Positions 1 through 10,232 are shown, numbered from the stretch's first letter. The stretch: 64,000 nucleotides of DNA from Candidatus Limnocylindrales bacterium (GCA_035319575.1 DATHCJ010000049.1:110-64109), one strand, 5' to 3'. Notes: a model not told the origin generated them from the letters alone. A program made the numbers and translations.

Positions 1-84
1 GTTTTCTGCATCTTGCTTGCTTTACTTCTAAATGTTAAAGTTGTCAATCATAGTATTAATCGACCAACCTTGCCGCAGGCCAAT

Positions 85-287
85 GTCAGCTTAAAAGAAG
101 AACAACAACAAACACTTTTTCAATTGTTGTTCTTCTTCTTTTAACCGGCAATAAACAAGTCTTTTCATAATGGGCTGTTTAACAAACTGCCTATTCCTAA
201 AAGAGAAAGAAGAAAAAGACTGCTTCCATCGAGCTTCTTCTTCTTTCGACGAAATAAAAAAAAGCAACAAAAAGAAAATAAGCTGAC
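85..287. repeat. AT-rich element with two GAA-repeat hairpins, bounded by a 9-bp inverted repeat
   Basis: GTCAGCTTA (85-93) / TAAGCTGAC (279-287); 21-bp IR 91-111/124-144 with 1 mismatch; 14-bp IR 205-218/234-247 with 1 mismatch. Confidence 0.6.
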
Positions 288-308
288 TCAACAACGTACT
301 TTACGAAG

Positions 309-869
309 GTGAATTATGTGTCATCAAAAAGTCAGGTAAACATATCCTCGGCCTACAGGCTTCTGCACCCAATGCACACAGTACTGGTTTCATGCGTAGG
401 GAAAGCTGGCAAACCTAACATTACAACCCTTGCATGGGCGATGCCGACGTCAATTGGCCCGCCCCTTGTCGCTATCAGCCTCTCGCCAAAACGCTACTCA
501 CACACCCTGATTGAGGAATCAGGCGACTTTGTAGTCAACATTCCAACGCTCGAAATACTGCAAGCCGTCTACGCGTGCGGCTCCCTCTCGGGCAGAAGCT
601 TTGACAAGTTCAAGAAAACAAGCCTAATGCCGATGCCAAGCAAAAAGGTGAAAGCGCCAGCGATTAGGGAATGCATAGCCCATCTTGAATGCAGCGTAGA
701 GGACAAATTCACGACGGGCGACCACACGGTTTTCGTGGGCAAAATCCTTGAAGCCTACGCTGAGCAAGGCGTCTTCGCCGAAACCTACGACCTGAAAAAG
801 GCTAGAATGCTGTATCATCTGGGCGGAAACAATTTTGCCGTGCTTGACCCTAAAATCTACAAACCCTGA
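309..869 (+). CDS. flavin reductase family protein (DIM6/NTAB-like)
   Basis: PNITTLAW, FVVNIP, CGSLSGR..DKF, HLEC, GDHTVFVG motifs. Confidence 0.85.
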   Translation: MNYVSSKSQVNISSAYRLLHPMHTVLVSCVGKAGKPNITTLAWAMPTSIGPPLVAISLSPKRYSHTLIEESGDFVVNIPTLEILQAVYACGSLSGRSFDKFKKTSLMPMPSKKVKAPAIRECIAHLECSVEDKFTTGDHTVFVGKILEAYAEQGVFAETYDLKKARMLYHLGGNNFAVLDPKIYKP

Positions 870-1037
870 AGAAAAATAAAAGAAGCATCTAGTATAGTAT
901 CCAAGGTGCTCTTTCTCACTTAGGCGCAAACCTTCTTACTGTCAAAACGTACCGTCAAACCGTACGTGCTTTGACCTCCTTTAAGTTACGCATTTAAGCA
1001 TCCACCGCATTATCCAAACTAAACAAAGTGAACGACG

Positions 1038-1943
1038 ATGCCATACGACAAAGAAGAACTGGAGAAATTCCGCCTGTCAGGACGGATTCTGCGCGAAACA
1101 AGAGAAGAAATGAAAACCAACGTTAAAGAAAACATGCTGATAATAGACGTTTGCGAAAAAACCGAGGGACTAATCCGAGCGAAGGGAGGAAAACCAGCTT
1201 TCCCCTGTAACGTCAGCATAAACGAAGTAGCCGCGCATTACACGTCACCGCCCAACGACAAGTCCAGAATTCCCGAAGGCTCAACAGTTAAAGTTGACCT
1301 CGGCGTCCAGGTGGATGGCTACGTGACCGACACCGCCTTCACCGTCAGCTTTAATACTGAAGGAAAAAGCATGGCAAACGCGGCAGAACAAGCTTTGAAA
1401 ACAGCCATTGAAAACATTCACGGAGACATGCCGCTGGGAAAAATCGGCGGCTTAATAGAAACCACCATTAAAAACCGCGGGTTCAAACCCATATCGAACC
1501 TGACTGGGCACTCGGTTGGAAGATACCTGATTCACGCGGGAACCTCTATTCCAAACGTAGCTCAACCAATGTCGCTTACTAAAGTTAAAGCAGGCGAAAT
1601 CTACGCCATTGAACCGTTCGTCACTTTGCCTGAAGCGGCTGGTCACGTGAACGATAGTCCACAAACAACCATTTTCCGCTTGCTTAAAGCAAAGTCTGTA
1701 AAAACTGAGTCTGCTAGAAAGCTTCTCAAACATATAGAGGTGAATTTTAGGACCTTGCCATTTGCTGAACGTTGGCTCGTCGGCGTCCTTCCGGCGGAAG
1801 AGCATGCTGCCGCCTTCAAGGAGCTCCTTTGTTCAAAAGCGATAATGAGTTACCCGGTTTTTGTTGAAGCAAGCAAAAAACCTGTTGCTCAGGCCGAGCA
1901 TACAGTGCTGTTGACTGATATTGCGTGTGAAGTTTTGACTTAG
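1038..1943 (+). CDS. map: type II methionine aminopeptidase
   Basis: AFPCNVSINEVAAHYT, VDLGVQVDGYVTDTA, NLTGH, AIEPF, AQAEHTV metal-ligand motifs. Confidence 0.95.
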   Translation: MPYDKEELEKFRLSGRILRETREEMKTNVKENMLIIDVCEKTEGLIRAKGGKPAFPCNVSINEVAAHYTSPPNDKSRIPEGSTVKVDLGVQVDGYVTDTAFTVSFNTEGKSMANAAEQALKTAIENIHGDMPLGKIGGLIETTIKNRGFKPISNLTGHSVGRYLIHAGTSIPNVAQPMSLTKVKAGEIYAIEPFVTLPEAAGHVNDSPQTTIFRLLKAKSVKTESARKLLKHIEVNFRTLPFAERWLVGVLPAEEHAAAFKELLCSKAIMSYPVFVEASKKPVAQAEHTVLLTDIACEVLT

Positions 1944-1951
1944 GAGTTGGA

Positions 1952-2221
1952 GTTACGACCTCCGAGAACTCGGTTATTTACGAGCCTCAGAACATTTATG
2001 AATTATCGAGTTTTCTGAAAGCTAACAAAGATAAGTACCATGAAATTTGGGTTGCCTTAATCAAGAAAGAATACGCAAACCCGCAGCCCGTGTCTTTCGC
2101 CGAAGCAGTCAGTGAGGCGATTGCTCAGGGGCTTGTTGACAGCCGTATCAAAACTTTAGACGAGAAAAGGTATGCAGTTCGATTTACAAAAAGGAAAAAC
2201 AAAAAATTGCATGCAAACTAG
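1952..2221 (+). pseudogene. YdeI/OmpD-associated family N-terminal fragment without a canonical start
   Basis: Open frame missed by the ORF track: ...HEIWVALIKKEYANPQPVSFAEAVSEAIAQGLVDSRIKTLDEKRYAVRFTKRK; no ATG/GTG/TTG in frame near the 5' end. Confidence 0.55.
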
Positions 2222-2667
2222 ACAGAGTATGTTTTTTCTTTCTCTTTGACTTCCTTGTAGATTGCGGTTATCATTTGTTTTTGGTCAGGGCATTTCGGAC
2301 AGGGGTCAAGCTCTTTGTAGACGAAATCGCCGCGTTGGAATTCTCTGACCGTTTTTGTTCCGCACTTCCTGCATTCCACAGTAGTCATTACTTTTGGGAT
2401 TTCAATTTTCATTTCTGCTACTTGCCTCCTTGATTGAAAAAGCGTGAACGATGACATGGTTAGGGCGATTAAACCGATTATCGCGAGGATTCCTGCGGCT
2501 GAGTAATCGCCTGTTCTGGTTGAACCCGTGGCAGTTGAACCAGTGTAAGCAAGATAAGCTGCAAGTAAGAAAGCCGTTATGGCAAGCGCCATAACGATTC
2601 CAATAATCAAGCTTACATAGGTTGAGATTTTTCTGGTGGATGTCGATGTTTGCTCGTTTTGCGCCAT
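2218..2667 (-). CDS. membrane protein with C-terminal Zn-ribbon
   Basis: Two TM helices, then CRKC...CPKC; follows the DUF1512 gene. Confidence 0.75.
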   Translation of the reverse strand: MAQNEQTSTSTRKISTYVSLIIGIVMALAITAFLLAAYLAYTGSTATGSTRTGDYSAAGILAIIGLIALTMSSFTLFQSRRQVAEMKIEIPKVMTTVECRKCGTKTVREFQRGDFVYKELDPCPKCPDQKQMITAIYKEVKEKEKTYSV

Positions 2668-2681
2668 CTGATTTACCCTCT

Positions 2682-3863
2682 TTACTGTCCAACTCCGATA
2701 GAGTTGCCGACACCTACGATTATGATTTTATCGCCTTCCTTGGTTCGCTCCAAAACGACGTTTCTGACTCTTTCAATAACCGGGTCGACGGCATCGTTGA
2801 TTTCTTTGCGCATCGGAGAAACCGCGTCTCCGATATCCTCCTTGATTATCACAGCCATGATTGGAATCTTGTACTTGGTAAGTTTATCTTCAATCTTGTA
2901 CTGATCCACGCCGGGGCCACCGATCGCCGCGCCGATTCCTTCTGCCACTTCGCCGACTGTTTCTCCTTCCAGCTTTAAGCCTGCATCAATCATAACAACC
3001 ATACCAATTTTGCCTTCATTTTCCTCAATGACGGTCTCAACTGCGTCACCTGGCTTCCCGACGTTGCCACCTGGGCCTTCAGCTTTTATGACTAATGCTG
3101 TGCGTCCTGCAAATGGAACCGTCGCCATAACGCAGTCTTTTTGTAACTTGCGGGTTTCGTAGCCGTGCATGAGTTTTGCAGCAACCAATGGTCCAGCGCC
3201 GTCTCCGATTGGCTGACCATACGCGAACGCTTTAAGGGCGCTTGCATACGCCTCGGCTTCTTTCATAACCATCGGCAGTATCATCTGTATCTGCATTATT
3301 ACATAGAGGCTTAGAGTTTTCTTCCCCTGAATATAGTAGTGTCTGATTACCTTGTAGATGAAATTCAGCGCCATAGCGGCTTCCAAAGTGTTTTCCAAAT
3401 TGTTCACTTGGACTTCGTCGCTTGCAGGCGCCATGAGTTTGACCTCATCCTTCATCCTGTCATCCCTTACATCAAGAATGTGATCAAGCTTGTAAACGAT
3501 ACCCGCGGGATCCATGTTCTGCGGAGCAATCGTAAAGTACTCTAAGAAGCGGTCAACACGCGTGGAAGGGTCAGCTGTTGGTTTGCCGATTTCTTTTATG
3601 GCTTCTATCGTGATTTTTCGCCCTTCCTCTTTTATGTACTTCAGTTTATGCAGTGAGTTCTCCACCTCGCGTATCATAACGTACATCTGGATTCTTTGAC
3701 CATAGAAAATTAGAACTATGAAGAAAACGTATGAAAGAAGACTAATGTAAGTTAACCACTGGTTTGAACTGACCTGATCTAAATGCACGGGAAGCACAGC
3801 TAATAGTGAGAACAGCAAACGCGTACCCGAGTCACTTCCCGTAATAAGACTCAACCATTGCAC
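2682..3863 (-). CDS. DUF1512 family protein
   Basis: N-terminal TM; PIGDGAGP, KAEGPGGNVGKPG, IDAGLKLEGE, GVGNSIGVGQ motifs. Confidence 0.85.
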   Translation of the reverse strand: MQWLSLITGSDSGTRLLFSLLAVLPVHLDQVSSNQWLTYISLLSYVFFIVLIFYGQRIQMYVMIREVENSLHKLKYIKEEGRKITIEAIKEIGKPTADPSTRVDRFLEYFTIAPQNMDPAGIVYKLDHILDVRDDRMKDEVKLMAPASDEVQVNNLENTLEAAMALNFIYKVIRHYYIQGKKTLSLYVIMQIQMILPMVMKEAEAYASALKAFAYGQPIGDGAGPLVAAKLMHGYETRKLQKDCVMATVPFAGRTALVIKAEGPGGNVGKPGDAVETVIEENEGKIGMVVMIDAGLKLEGETVGEVAEGIGAAIGGPGVDQYKIEDKLTKYKIPIMAVIIKEDIGDAVSPMRKEINDAVDPVIERVRNVVLERTKEGDKIIIVGVGNSIGVGQ

Positions 3864-3934
3864 CGTCTCACAAAACTATTAGTGGTTAGTTATAAAGCTA
3901 TGCCAAATCTACCAACAAATTTTTGGGAATAAGA

Positions 3935-4058
3935 GGGCTGCCAGCTTTCCCAGGTTCGCGTGGCCTAAGACCACACTACAGCTGGAAACGGAACACGGTT
4001 TAACTTCTGAGTTCGGAATGGGATCAGGTGGAACCCGTGCCCTTTGACCGGCAAACCC
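3935..4058 (-). rRNA. rrf: 5S rRNA (stand-alone)
   Basis: Minus strand contains CCTGATCCCATTCCGAACTCAGAAGTTAA; terminal helix TGCCGG/CTGGCA; TATA-like AAAGGTTAAT about 25 nt upstream. Confidence 0.95.
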
Positions 4059-4165
4059 AGCAATACACGTCAATTTTAGTTCATTAACCTTTCGCTTTTG
4101 CTTTGCTCAAAGAGGCTTACAGCAGCGTTTTCAATGGTTCATGAATTTCGGTTCTGCTTGCTCTT

Positions 4166-5080
4166 TCAACGGAGTAGCACGCTAAGGTTCCGGGGCAATT
4201 CGTCGAAGTAATCCATGAGGCTAAGAGCCTTCATCTTGGCGAGAGTATCCGAAGGAAGCCCGGCAGGAGACGTTCCCTGCAAAAGCAGTTTAGTTTCTTG
4301 TTCCGTGAATTCAGCCGTCTCACCGACTTCGCTGAGGAATGGTTTGTCTTCGGGGCAGGCGGCTTGGCATCGGATGCAGCCTACGATGCAGTTGTGCCAT
4401 TCAGGCTTAATCCAGTTAGGAAAGGCGATTTTGCCTTCCTTCTCGTTATGGAATGTTAGGCACTTCTCAGCGTGAAGAAGGAACCTATCTGAGGATATTG
4501 CACCGGTTGGGCAGGCTCTTTGGCACAAGTCACAGTTTCTGCAGCGTTCCATCATTTTCGCTGCTTCCCAACTGTCACTCTCGCAAGGCATGTCAGAGTA
4601 AACCGCGGTCAAACGCATGAAACTTCCAAAGCCCCGAGAGTAAGTTATGTTGTTTCTTCCATACTGTACCAAACCGCTTCGGCTGGCAAGCAGCTTCAAG
4701 GGAAGTAGAGGCGTAGCGATCTTGAAGCCTTCTTTGCCCACGGCTTCAGCCACCAACCTTTCAACGTGAAGGCGTTTCTCATCATAGGCGGTATAAGTTG
4801 GGGGCAAGATAAATGACAATTTTTTTCCCCTCCAGCCGAAAATTGCTTTAGTGATTGGTCGCGGCATGGCGACGACGATCAGAGATTTTGCATCCTTCAG
4901 TTCCGCTGGAGGCGTGAACTTAAACCTGCACAGATATCTTTGAGCAAATTCCTTCTCAAATTCGCCATGATCTCGACGGGTTTCGATTTCGCTCCGTAAC
5001 TCTGGCAGGTGGCTTGTTGACACGAAACGGAACTTGCAATTTTCGTCTGTCAGGTTATGGAATGCTTCCATGGCGTTCAT
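4166..5080 (-). CDS. QueG-like (epoxyqueuosine reductase family) 4Fe-4S protein
   Basis: SGLVQYGRNN, GSFMRL, CRNCDLCQRACPTGA, GCIRCQAACP. Confidence 0.75.
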   Translation of the reverse strand: MNAMEAFHNLTDENCKFRFVSTSHLPELRSEIETRRDHGEFEKEFAQRYLCRFKFTPPAELKDAKSLIVVAMPRPITKAIFGWRGKKLSFILPPTYTAYDEKRLHVERLVAEAVGKEGFKIATPLLPLKLLASRSGLVQYGRNNITYSRGFGSFMRLTAVYSDMPCESDSWEAAKMMERCRNCDLCQRACPTGAISSDRFLLHAEKCLTFHNEKEGKIAFPNWIKPEWHNCIVGCIRCQAACPEDKPFLSEVGETAEFTEQETKLLLQGTSPAGLPSDTLAKMKALSLMDYFDELPRNLSVLLR

Positions 5081-5217
5081 GCCTGTAAAATGCTTGCGTT
5101 TAGGCTTATAAGTTTATTTTTGGCGAAGGGAATGGCATGCTTACAGATTTTGGGGCTTTGGCGGTGGACGCAAATTCTTAAAGCGTCTGCAACCATAAAG
5201 TTTGCTGGGGAAAAACG

Positions 5218-5820
5218 TTGTCTTCTAGAAAAGTCGTCAGACAAAGAATAGGTGCGACTGCGGGATTATTGGCACCAATACTTGCGTTTGCCTGCATTAT
5301 ATCAGCCGTGGCGTCATATCCTGCGTTCAGTTGGACAAACAATGCTCTAAGCGATTTGGGCGTGGTAAGAGGCGTAACTGGGCCTCTTTTCAACTTTGGG
5401 CTCTATACAAGTGGGCTTTTAGGGTTCATTTTTGCATTGTTTGGCTTGCCAACTTACGTCGGGAAAAGCTTTTGGGGGAAAATCGGAACCCTGACGTTTT
5501 CAGCGGCAACGGTGGCACTGATTGCCATTGGCGTTTTTAACGAGAGCTTTTCTGGAATCCATTACGCCGTTTCCGTAGCGTTCTTTATTTTAGTTCCCGT
5601 TTCCCTTTTCATTATTGCGTACGCATTTGTGCTCGTCCATCAGACCCAGATGGCTATTCTGACTGTTGGAATCGGGATTGTCATGGCTCTGCCCTGGATA
5701 ACATTTTTCGCATTTCGCTATGTCCCAAACGTTGCCATTCCTGAAACTATTTCGGCGCTTGCTGTTTCAACATGGACGATAATCCTTAGCTACCTGATAT
5801 TGAAAAAAACCAAAAGTTGA
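5218..5820 (+). CDS. DUF998 family membrane protein
   Basis: FSWTNNALSDLG motif, multiple TM helices. Confidence 0.8.
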   Translation: MSSRKVVRQRIGATAGLLAPILAFACIISAVASYPAFSWTNNALSDLGVVRGVTGPLFNFGLYTSGLLGFIFALFGLPTYVGKSFWGKIGTLTFSAATVALIAIGVFNESFSGIHYAVSVAFFILVPVSLFIIAYAFVLVHQTQMAILTVGIGIVMALPWITFFAFRYVPNVAIPETISALAVSTWTIILSYLILKKTKS

Positions 5821-5827
5821 TTGCTGC

Positions 5828-6829
5828 TCAATTTTTCTGAGCGAAGTCGAAGTACATCTGAGCGCAGCAACAAGAAGAAAACGAAGTCTTCCAACCCCTA
5901 GACTCGGCAAATTTCACAGCTTCTTCACTCGGAAAAGCAATAGCATCCACACCAGCCTTCAGCGCCAACACATCCGTTTCAGGTCGTGACGCACCCTTAG
6001 GTCTCATGCATCCAAGCATCAGAGGAGTCTCAGGAAACATCAGACGGGCCACAGATGCAACTTTAGCTATGCTTTCCGGGGTCGGAGGCTTTGTTCTCTC
6101 CATGGCTGTCCCGTGAATTGGCATGAACGCTATTAATACAAGCGCCGCGGGCTTAACCTCAGCTATAATCTTGAGCGCGTCGAATTCTCCCTTCAGCTTC
6201 CCCTCGTCCAATCCAACTAGGACATGGGGTACAAAATTCAACCCTGACTTTTCTAAAGCCTTCAGCGCGTCAAGAAAATCCTGCAGAACGAAATCGAGGT
6301 TTAGAACTTTCTTTGTTGTTTCAAATGAGCCGATCACGTCAATCAACGCCGCGTCGACTCCCGCCTTCTTAAGCGAAGCAGCTGTTTCAAAGTTCACAAT
6401 TCCCGTGTGAACAAAAACGGTCAAGCCGAGATCACGCTTAACCCTCCCGAGGGCATCCATAAACCCATCGAGGGGCACTGAACCGTCTGGTAAGCATCCC
6501 CCACTGACGAGGCAGCCCACCGCCCCGTCACGCTTAAGGTTCGAACACAGCTCAAAGAGTTTCTCCGGCGTGACAGCTGTTTGCATTGTTTCGAGGACTT
6601 TGCCGGCGCAGTGCTTGCAGTTTAAAGCACAGGAGGTACCAGTGACAGAAATGGTCGGAAAACTTGTTGGAGACGAACGGTAATAACTGTTCTTGTAGTA
6701 GGTGAAGCTCGGCGAGTAAAAATGGATTTTTTTGGGTTTCGGTGTTAAGAAGCCCGATTCAAGGAGCCTCAACAGTTCTTTACAGCTTGAATTCCAGACT
6801 TCTTCAGGGGAAAACTTCAGATTCAGCAT
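5828..6829 (-). CDS. radical SAM protein (biotin-synthase-related archaeal family)
   Basis: CALNCKHC, LVSGG, LGCMRP, C-terminal CCC. Confidence 0.85.
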   Translation of the reverse strand: MLNLKFSPEEVWNSSCKELLRLLESGFLTPKPKKIHFYSPSFTYYKNSYYRSSPTSFPTISVTGTSCALNCKHCAGKVLETMQTAVTPEKLFELCSNLKRDGAVGCLVSGGCLPDGSVPLDGFMDALGRVKRDLGLTVFVHTGIVNFETAASLKKAGVDAALIDVIGSFETTKKVLNLDFVLQDFLDALKALEKSGLNFVPHVLVGLDEGKLKGEFDALKIIAEVKPAALVLIAFMPIHGTAMERTKPPTPESIAKVASVARLMFPETPLMLGCMRPKGASRPETDVLALKAGVDAIAFPSEEAVKFAESRGWKTSFSSCCCAQMYFDFAQKN

Positions 6830-6888
6830 ACTTTCCAGTCCAAAGATTACCGCACGGGCTTAATAGGGTACCGTCGTGAATTCAGCGT

Positions 6889-7269
6889 TTAGAGTATATT
6901 CCATCGCTTGACGATTTTCACTATCAAGAAGACGACGAAAGCGACGATTATGAACGTGATCAAGTAGATTAGGAAGTCGCCAAGTAGAAAGCTCTGTTTT
7001 CCAACAGCAACGGTGTAGGATGCAAGATTCGTAAGTCCTGGCACGACAAGACCAATCGCAGGCAGCAGCAGATCAGACACGAGAGCCTTCACCAAGTTTC
7101 CGAGATACAAACCTATGATAAAGGCGACGGCTAGACCCATAACCTGATATTTCGCGAGAAAATCGAGGAATTCTTTCCACAAGCCCTTTGGAGGCGCGGG
7201 CGGAGCTGGTTTTTCTAACGCTTCACGAATTTTCTTTAACTCTTCTAACATTTCATCCTCAGTTGACAA
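6889..7269 (-). CDS. mscL: large-conductance mechanosensitive channel
   Basis: EFLDFL...VMGLAVAFIIG...LVSDLLLP...GDFL..LITFIIVA. Confidence 0.85.
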   Translation of the reverse strand: MSTEDEMLEELKKIREALEKPAPPAPPKGLWKEFLDFLAKYQVMGLAVAFIIGLYLGNLVKALVSDLLLPAIGLVVPGLTNLASYTVAVGKQSFLLGDFLIYLITFIIVAFVVFLIVKIVKRWNIL

Positions 7270-7409
7270 ACGTCTTACCCCTATCCTGTTTTATGTTTGC
7301 CTCAAAATTTTAGCCTTGCGGTTCACTGCAAGCTGCAATGGCCCTTTGCCGCTTCCAAGCATGAAGCGCGCGATTAACGGAAAACAAACAAATCAGGTCA
7401 GGCTGTTTT

Positions 7410-8015
7410 TTAAGTTTGAAGCTTTCTGTAAGTCGAGACAAAATGGTTGTCTTTGATGTAGAATCGCCAAGGCTCGTCTTTCCACTCCTCGGCGTAGTCA
7501 ACGCCTATGCGAGTTGCCGACAGGATATTTCCTGCTGGAATAGGCGGCGCGTCATTGATGAAAAGCGGAGGGGATGTAAGGTCTGCTTTGTTCTGCGTTT
7601 TCGAGATACCCATGGCCATGCATAACTTAGCTGGTCCATTTGACAAGTTGGTGGCGTTTTGGGTGCCTCGGCGCTTCTCCATGATACTGTTGCCTTCGAG
7701 CGGTTCAAGCGCTCTGACAAGCACGGCTTCTGGTTTTCTGGGGATGTTCCCCGCAGTTACGTTGAAGCACCAGTACATTCCGTAGATGAAGTAAATGTAC
7801 GCATCCCCTTTTTCTCCATACATCATCTCATTTCTTCGCGTGCGGAGACCGCCCGAGCTGTGAGCTGCCAAATCTTCAGGCCCCCGATAGGCCTCGGTTT
7901 CCACGATACTGCCGGAAGTGACGCCTTCAAGAGTGTCGTGTACCAAAATTTTTCCAAGCAAATCTTTAGAAACTGTTAGTACTTCTCTTTCGTAGAAGCT
8001 TCTAGGCAAAATCAT
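7410..8015 (-). CDS. mpg: DNA-3-methyladenine glycosylase (MPG/AAG family)
   Basis: IVETEAY, YIYFIYGMY, AVLVRALEP, NGPAKLC, RIGV; start placed at ATG 8015 because the longer ORF runs through tRNA-Ile. Confidence 0.9.
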   Translation of the reverse strand: MILPRSFYEREVLTVSKDLLGKILVHDTLEGVTSGSIVETEAYRGPEDLAAHSSGGLRTRRNEMMYGEKGDAYIYFIYGMYWCFNVTAGNIPRKPEAVLVRALEPLEGNSIMEKRRGTQNATNLSNGPAKLCMAMGISKTQNKADLTSPPLFINDAPPIPAGNILSATRIGVDYAEEWKDEPWRFYIKDNHFVSTYRKLQT

Positions 8016-8123
8016 AATACTCGAAAAGGCCAGCCAGCAAATAAGCTTACCTGACTGCGGCGCCAGCATCGGCGAATCCCTGGGAATAGCCTGAAAAAAG
8101 AATCCAGAATCCGAAACGAAAAC

Positions 8124-8201
8124 TGGTGGGCCGAGCCGGATTTGAACCGGCGACCTTTCGATTATCAGTCGAACGCTCCAGCCGTGCTGAGCTACCGGCC
8201 C
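8124..8201 (-). tRNA. tRNA-Ile(GAT)
   Basis: Cloverleaf: GGGCCGG acceptor, TTCGA-CT-GAT-AA-TCGAA, GGTTCAAATCC, encoded CCA. Confidence 0.95.
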
Positions 8202-8299
8202 GCACTCGAGGTGAAACAAGTTTAATATTATGTTGCTTTATAAGAATTGCCGTAAACTCTATAATGCAACACTGTTGTTGTGTGTTGTTAGGACTGTTT

Positions 8300-8375
8300 G
8301 GGCTCGTAGCCTAGCACGGATTAAGGTGTCGGCCTTCGGAGCCGGAGATCGTGGGTTCAAATCCCACCGGGCCCG
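8300..8375 (+). tRNA. tRNA-Arg(TCG)
   Basis: GGGCTCG/CGGGCCC acceptor, TCGGC-CT-TCG-GA-GCCGG, GGTTCAAATCC; followed by a T-run. Confidence 0.95.
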
Positions 8376-8543
8376 CCTTTTTTAAAAAAATGCTTAATTT
8401 TTTGGCTGATCCTCTATGTCGTCTTTAACGGTTAACGGGCTGAATTAAAAGTCTTTATTGTGCATGGGATACGAAATGAAATTCAATGATGAAAAGGAGA
8501 GAAGTCAACTTCAAACAGTTTAAAAAATACGTCACGGTTGGTT

Positions 8544-8669
8544 TTATAGTCCGTCTACTAGGTGGGCTGTTCCGTCTGGACAATAGACGCAACTACCTTT
8601 TCCAACGACGACGTAGCGTCTACCGCAGGCTTTCATTTGGGAGCATCCGTCGCAGTCTCTTGACAGCAT
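8544..8669 (-). CDS. small Cys-rich (putative Zn-binding) 41-aa protein
   Basis: GGAGG SD before ATG 8669; MLSRDCDGC...C...CVYCPDGTAH. Confidence 0.55.
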   Translation of the reverse strand: MLSRDCDGCSQMKACGRRYVVVGKGSCVYCPDGTAHLVDGL

Positions 8670-8946
8670 TTCCTTTCCTCCTGTTGTAATCTGTTTTTTA
8701 TGAGGCAATCTTGCGAACATTGCAAGCTGGCATCCTATTTCACACAGGAGCCTTATGCCTGATAAAGCCGAACACAAGCTAATAGGTATCTTTTAAACTT
8801 TGTCGCAGTTAATGAAGCAAACTTCTAATGGGTGAATCTTGGGAATCCTAAGTTGAGGCATTTTCTTGAAGGAACATTCATTTCATGACTTTTCACCATG
8901 ATGTCAGCTACGTCGACTTTTAACCGAGGCTCGGATTTTGCGTGGG

Positions 8947-9468
8947 TCAAAACGTTTCCTCATGCTTTATCTCGCTTATTGGCCGCCTTTTTCGTGGCGC
9001 TGGTGCCTCGTTAGGGTACCCAACTGGGATTAAGGCTACCGGTCGCATTCCGTTGGGAGCATTAATGGCTTTTCTTGCTTCTTCTTCTCTAAAAGCGCCG
9101 ATCCAGCATGACCCGAGACCAAGCGAGTAAGCGGTTAACAAAATGTTTTGGACAGCTGCGGCCGTGTCCTGAAGGCAGTACAAGTTTTTGCCGCGTACGC
9201 CATACTTTTCTTCCGCAACCTTCTCGTCAGCGCAAACCACAATAACGATTGATGCTTCCTCAAGATCTTTTTGTCCATAAGCTGCTGAGGAAAGATCCTG
9301 CTTTGTCCGCTGCGAGCTTGCAACCACAAACGCCCACGGTTGAACGTTTCCAGCCGAAGGAGCCCACCTTGCGGCTTCAAGGAGTTTCTCAATCGTGTCT
9401 TGAGGCAAATCAAGTTTTTTGTAGGATCTTATGCTACGTCTACCTTTGATTGCATCGGAAAGGTCCAT
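8947..9468 (-). CDS. nitroreductase family protein
   Basis: RRSIRSY, APSAGNVQPW, LGLGSCWIG, IPVGYP; start at MDLSD. Confidence 0.9.
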   Translation of the reverse strand: MDLSDAIKGRRSIRSYKKLDLPQDTIEKLLEAARWAPSAGNVQPWAFVVASSQRTKQDLSSAAYGQKDLEEASIVIVVCADEKVAEEKYGVRGKNLYCLQDTAAAVQNILLTAYSLGLGSCWIGAFREEEARKAINAPNGMRPVALIPVGYPNEAPAPRKRRPISEIKHEETF

Positions 9469-9771
9469 AGTTCCACGCTCCACAAGTAAAATAACCTCAA
9501 AGACATAAAACCGTTTCTTCCCGGAGATGGGGATTGTCAATCTCAGCCTGTCTTCTCAGCTAAATGCGAAAGATGGAGCCGTAACAGTCTTAAGTTTTGT
9601 TGCTGAATCTATGTTTTGGATGATGAGCACTAGAGTCACAGAGCTTGCGCAGTGATAATGACTCGACGGGCGAACTGACACGTTCAAGCGGAAAAATTTA
9701 TCAATAAAGCAGTAGTGAAAAATTAAGCCAAAAAACCAGCTAATAGGCATTTGAATCGAGGTGAACACGAA

Positions 9772-10068
9772 ATGGTTGAAACGAAAGTCGTTGAAATGAA
9801 AGTCGACGCTTCAGAACTAAAAGGCGACGAGAAAAACCTAATCGAGAAACTCTCAGATTTCCTTAAGGAAAAAACAGGCGGAGAAGTGACCACTTCAGGC
9901 GAAGTTGTAACGGTTAAAGGGGAAGGTGAAGCATTAAGCAAAAAGTACTTGCGGATAACTGTGAAAAAGTTCCTGCACAAGCATGAGCTTACGGAGTTTT
10001 TCAGAGTCATAGGTGACGAAGAGAACCAGCTGAAAATAAAAGAGAGAAAAATGGCAGAGGAAGACTGA
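9772..10068 (+). CDS. rpl22e: ribosomal protein eL22 (L22e)-like
   Basis: GAGGTG SD; LSKKYLRITVKKFLHKHELTEFFRVI resembles the eL22 motif FSKRYLKYLTKKYLKK..LRDWLRVV. Confidence 0.75.
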   Translation: MVETKVVEMKVDASELKGDEKNLIEKLSDFLKEKTGGEVTTSGEVVTVKGEGEALSKKYLRITVKKFLHKHELTEFFRVIGDEENQLKIKERKMAEED

Positions 10069-10232
10069 GGGCTTTTTTCTGTTTAACGTTAATCAGCCAA
10101 TTAGCCAAATTTTCCTTCTTCCAAAAATTTTATTAGCAAGCGATAACTGTCCTATTATTTGAGCAGCTTGTTCTAAAACGTAGAATTAAATCAGAAGATG
10201 TCATTTTTAACATATGTGTTGTAGGCAGGTCG

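Noticed and set aside
941-975. Short GTCAAAnCGTAC direct repeat with an inverted TTTGAC upstream of map
   Set aside because: Too short to separate from chance without comparative data
8016-8219. N-terminal extension of the mpg ORF and ORF 8126-8314
   Set aside because: They overlap tRNA-Ile and tRNA-Arg; spurious
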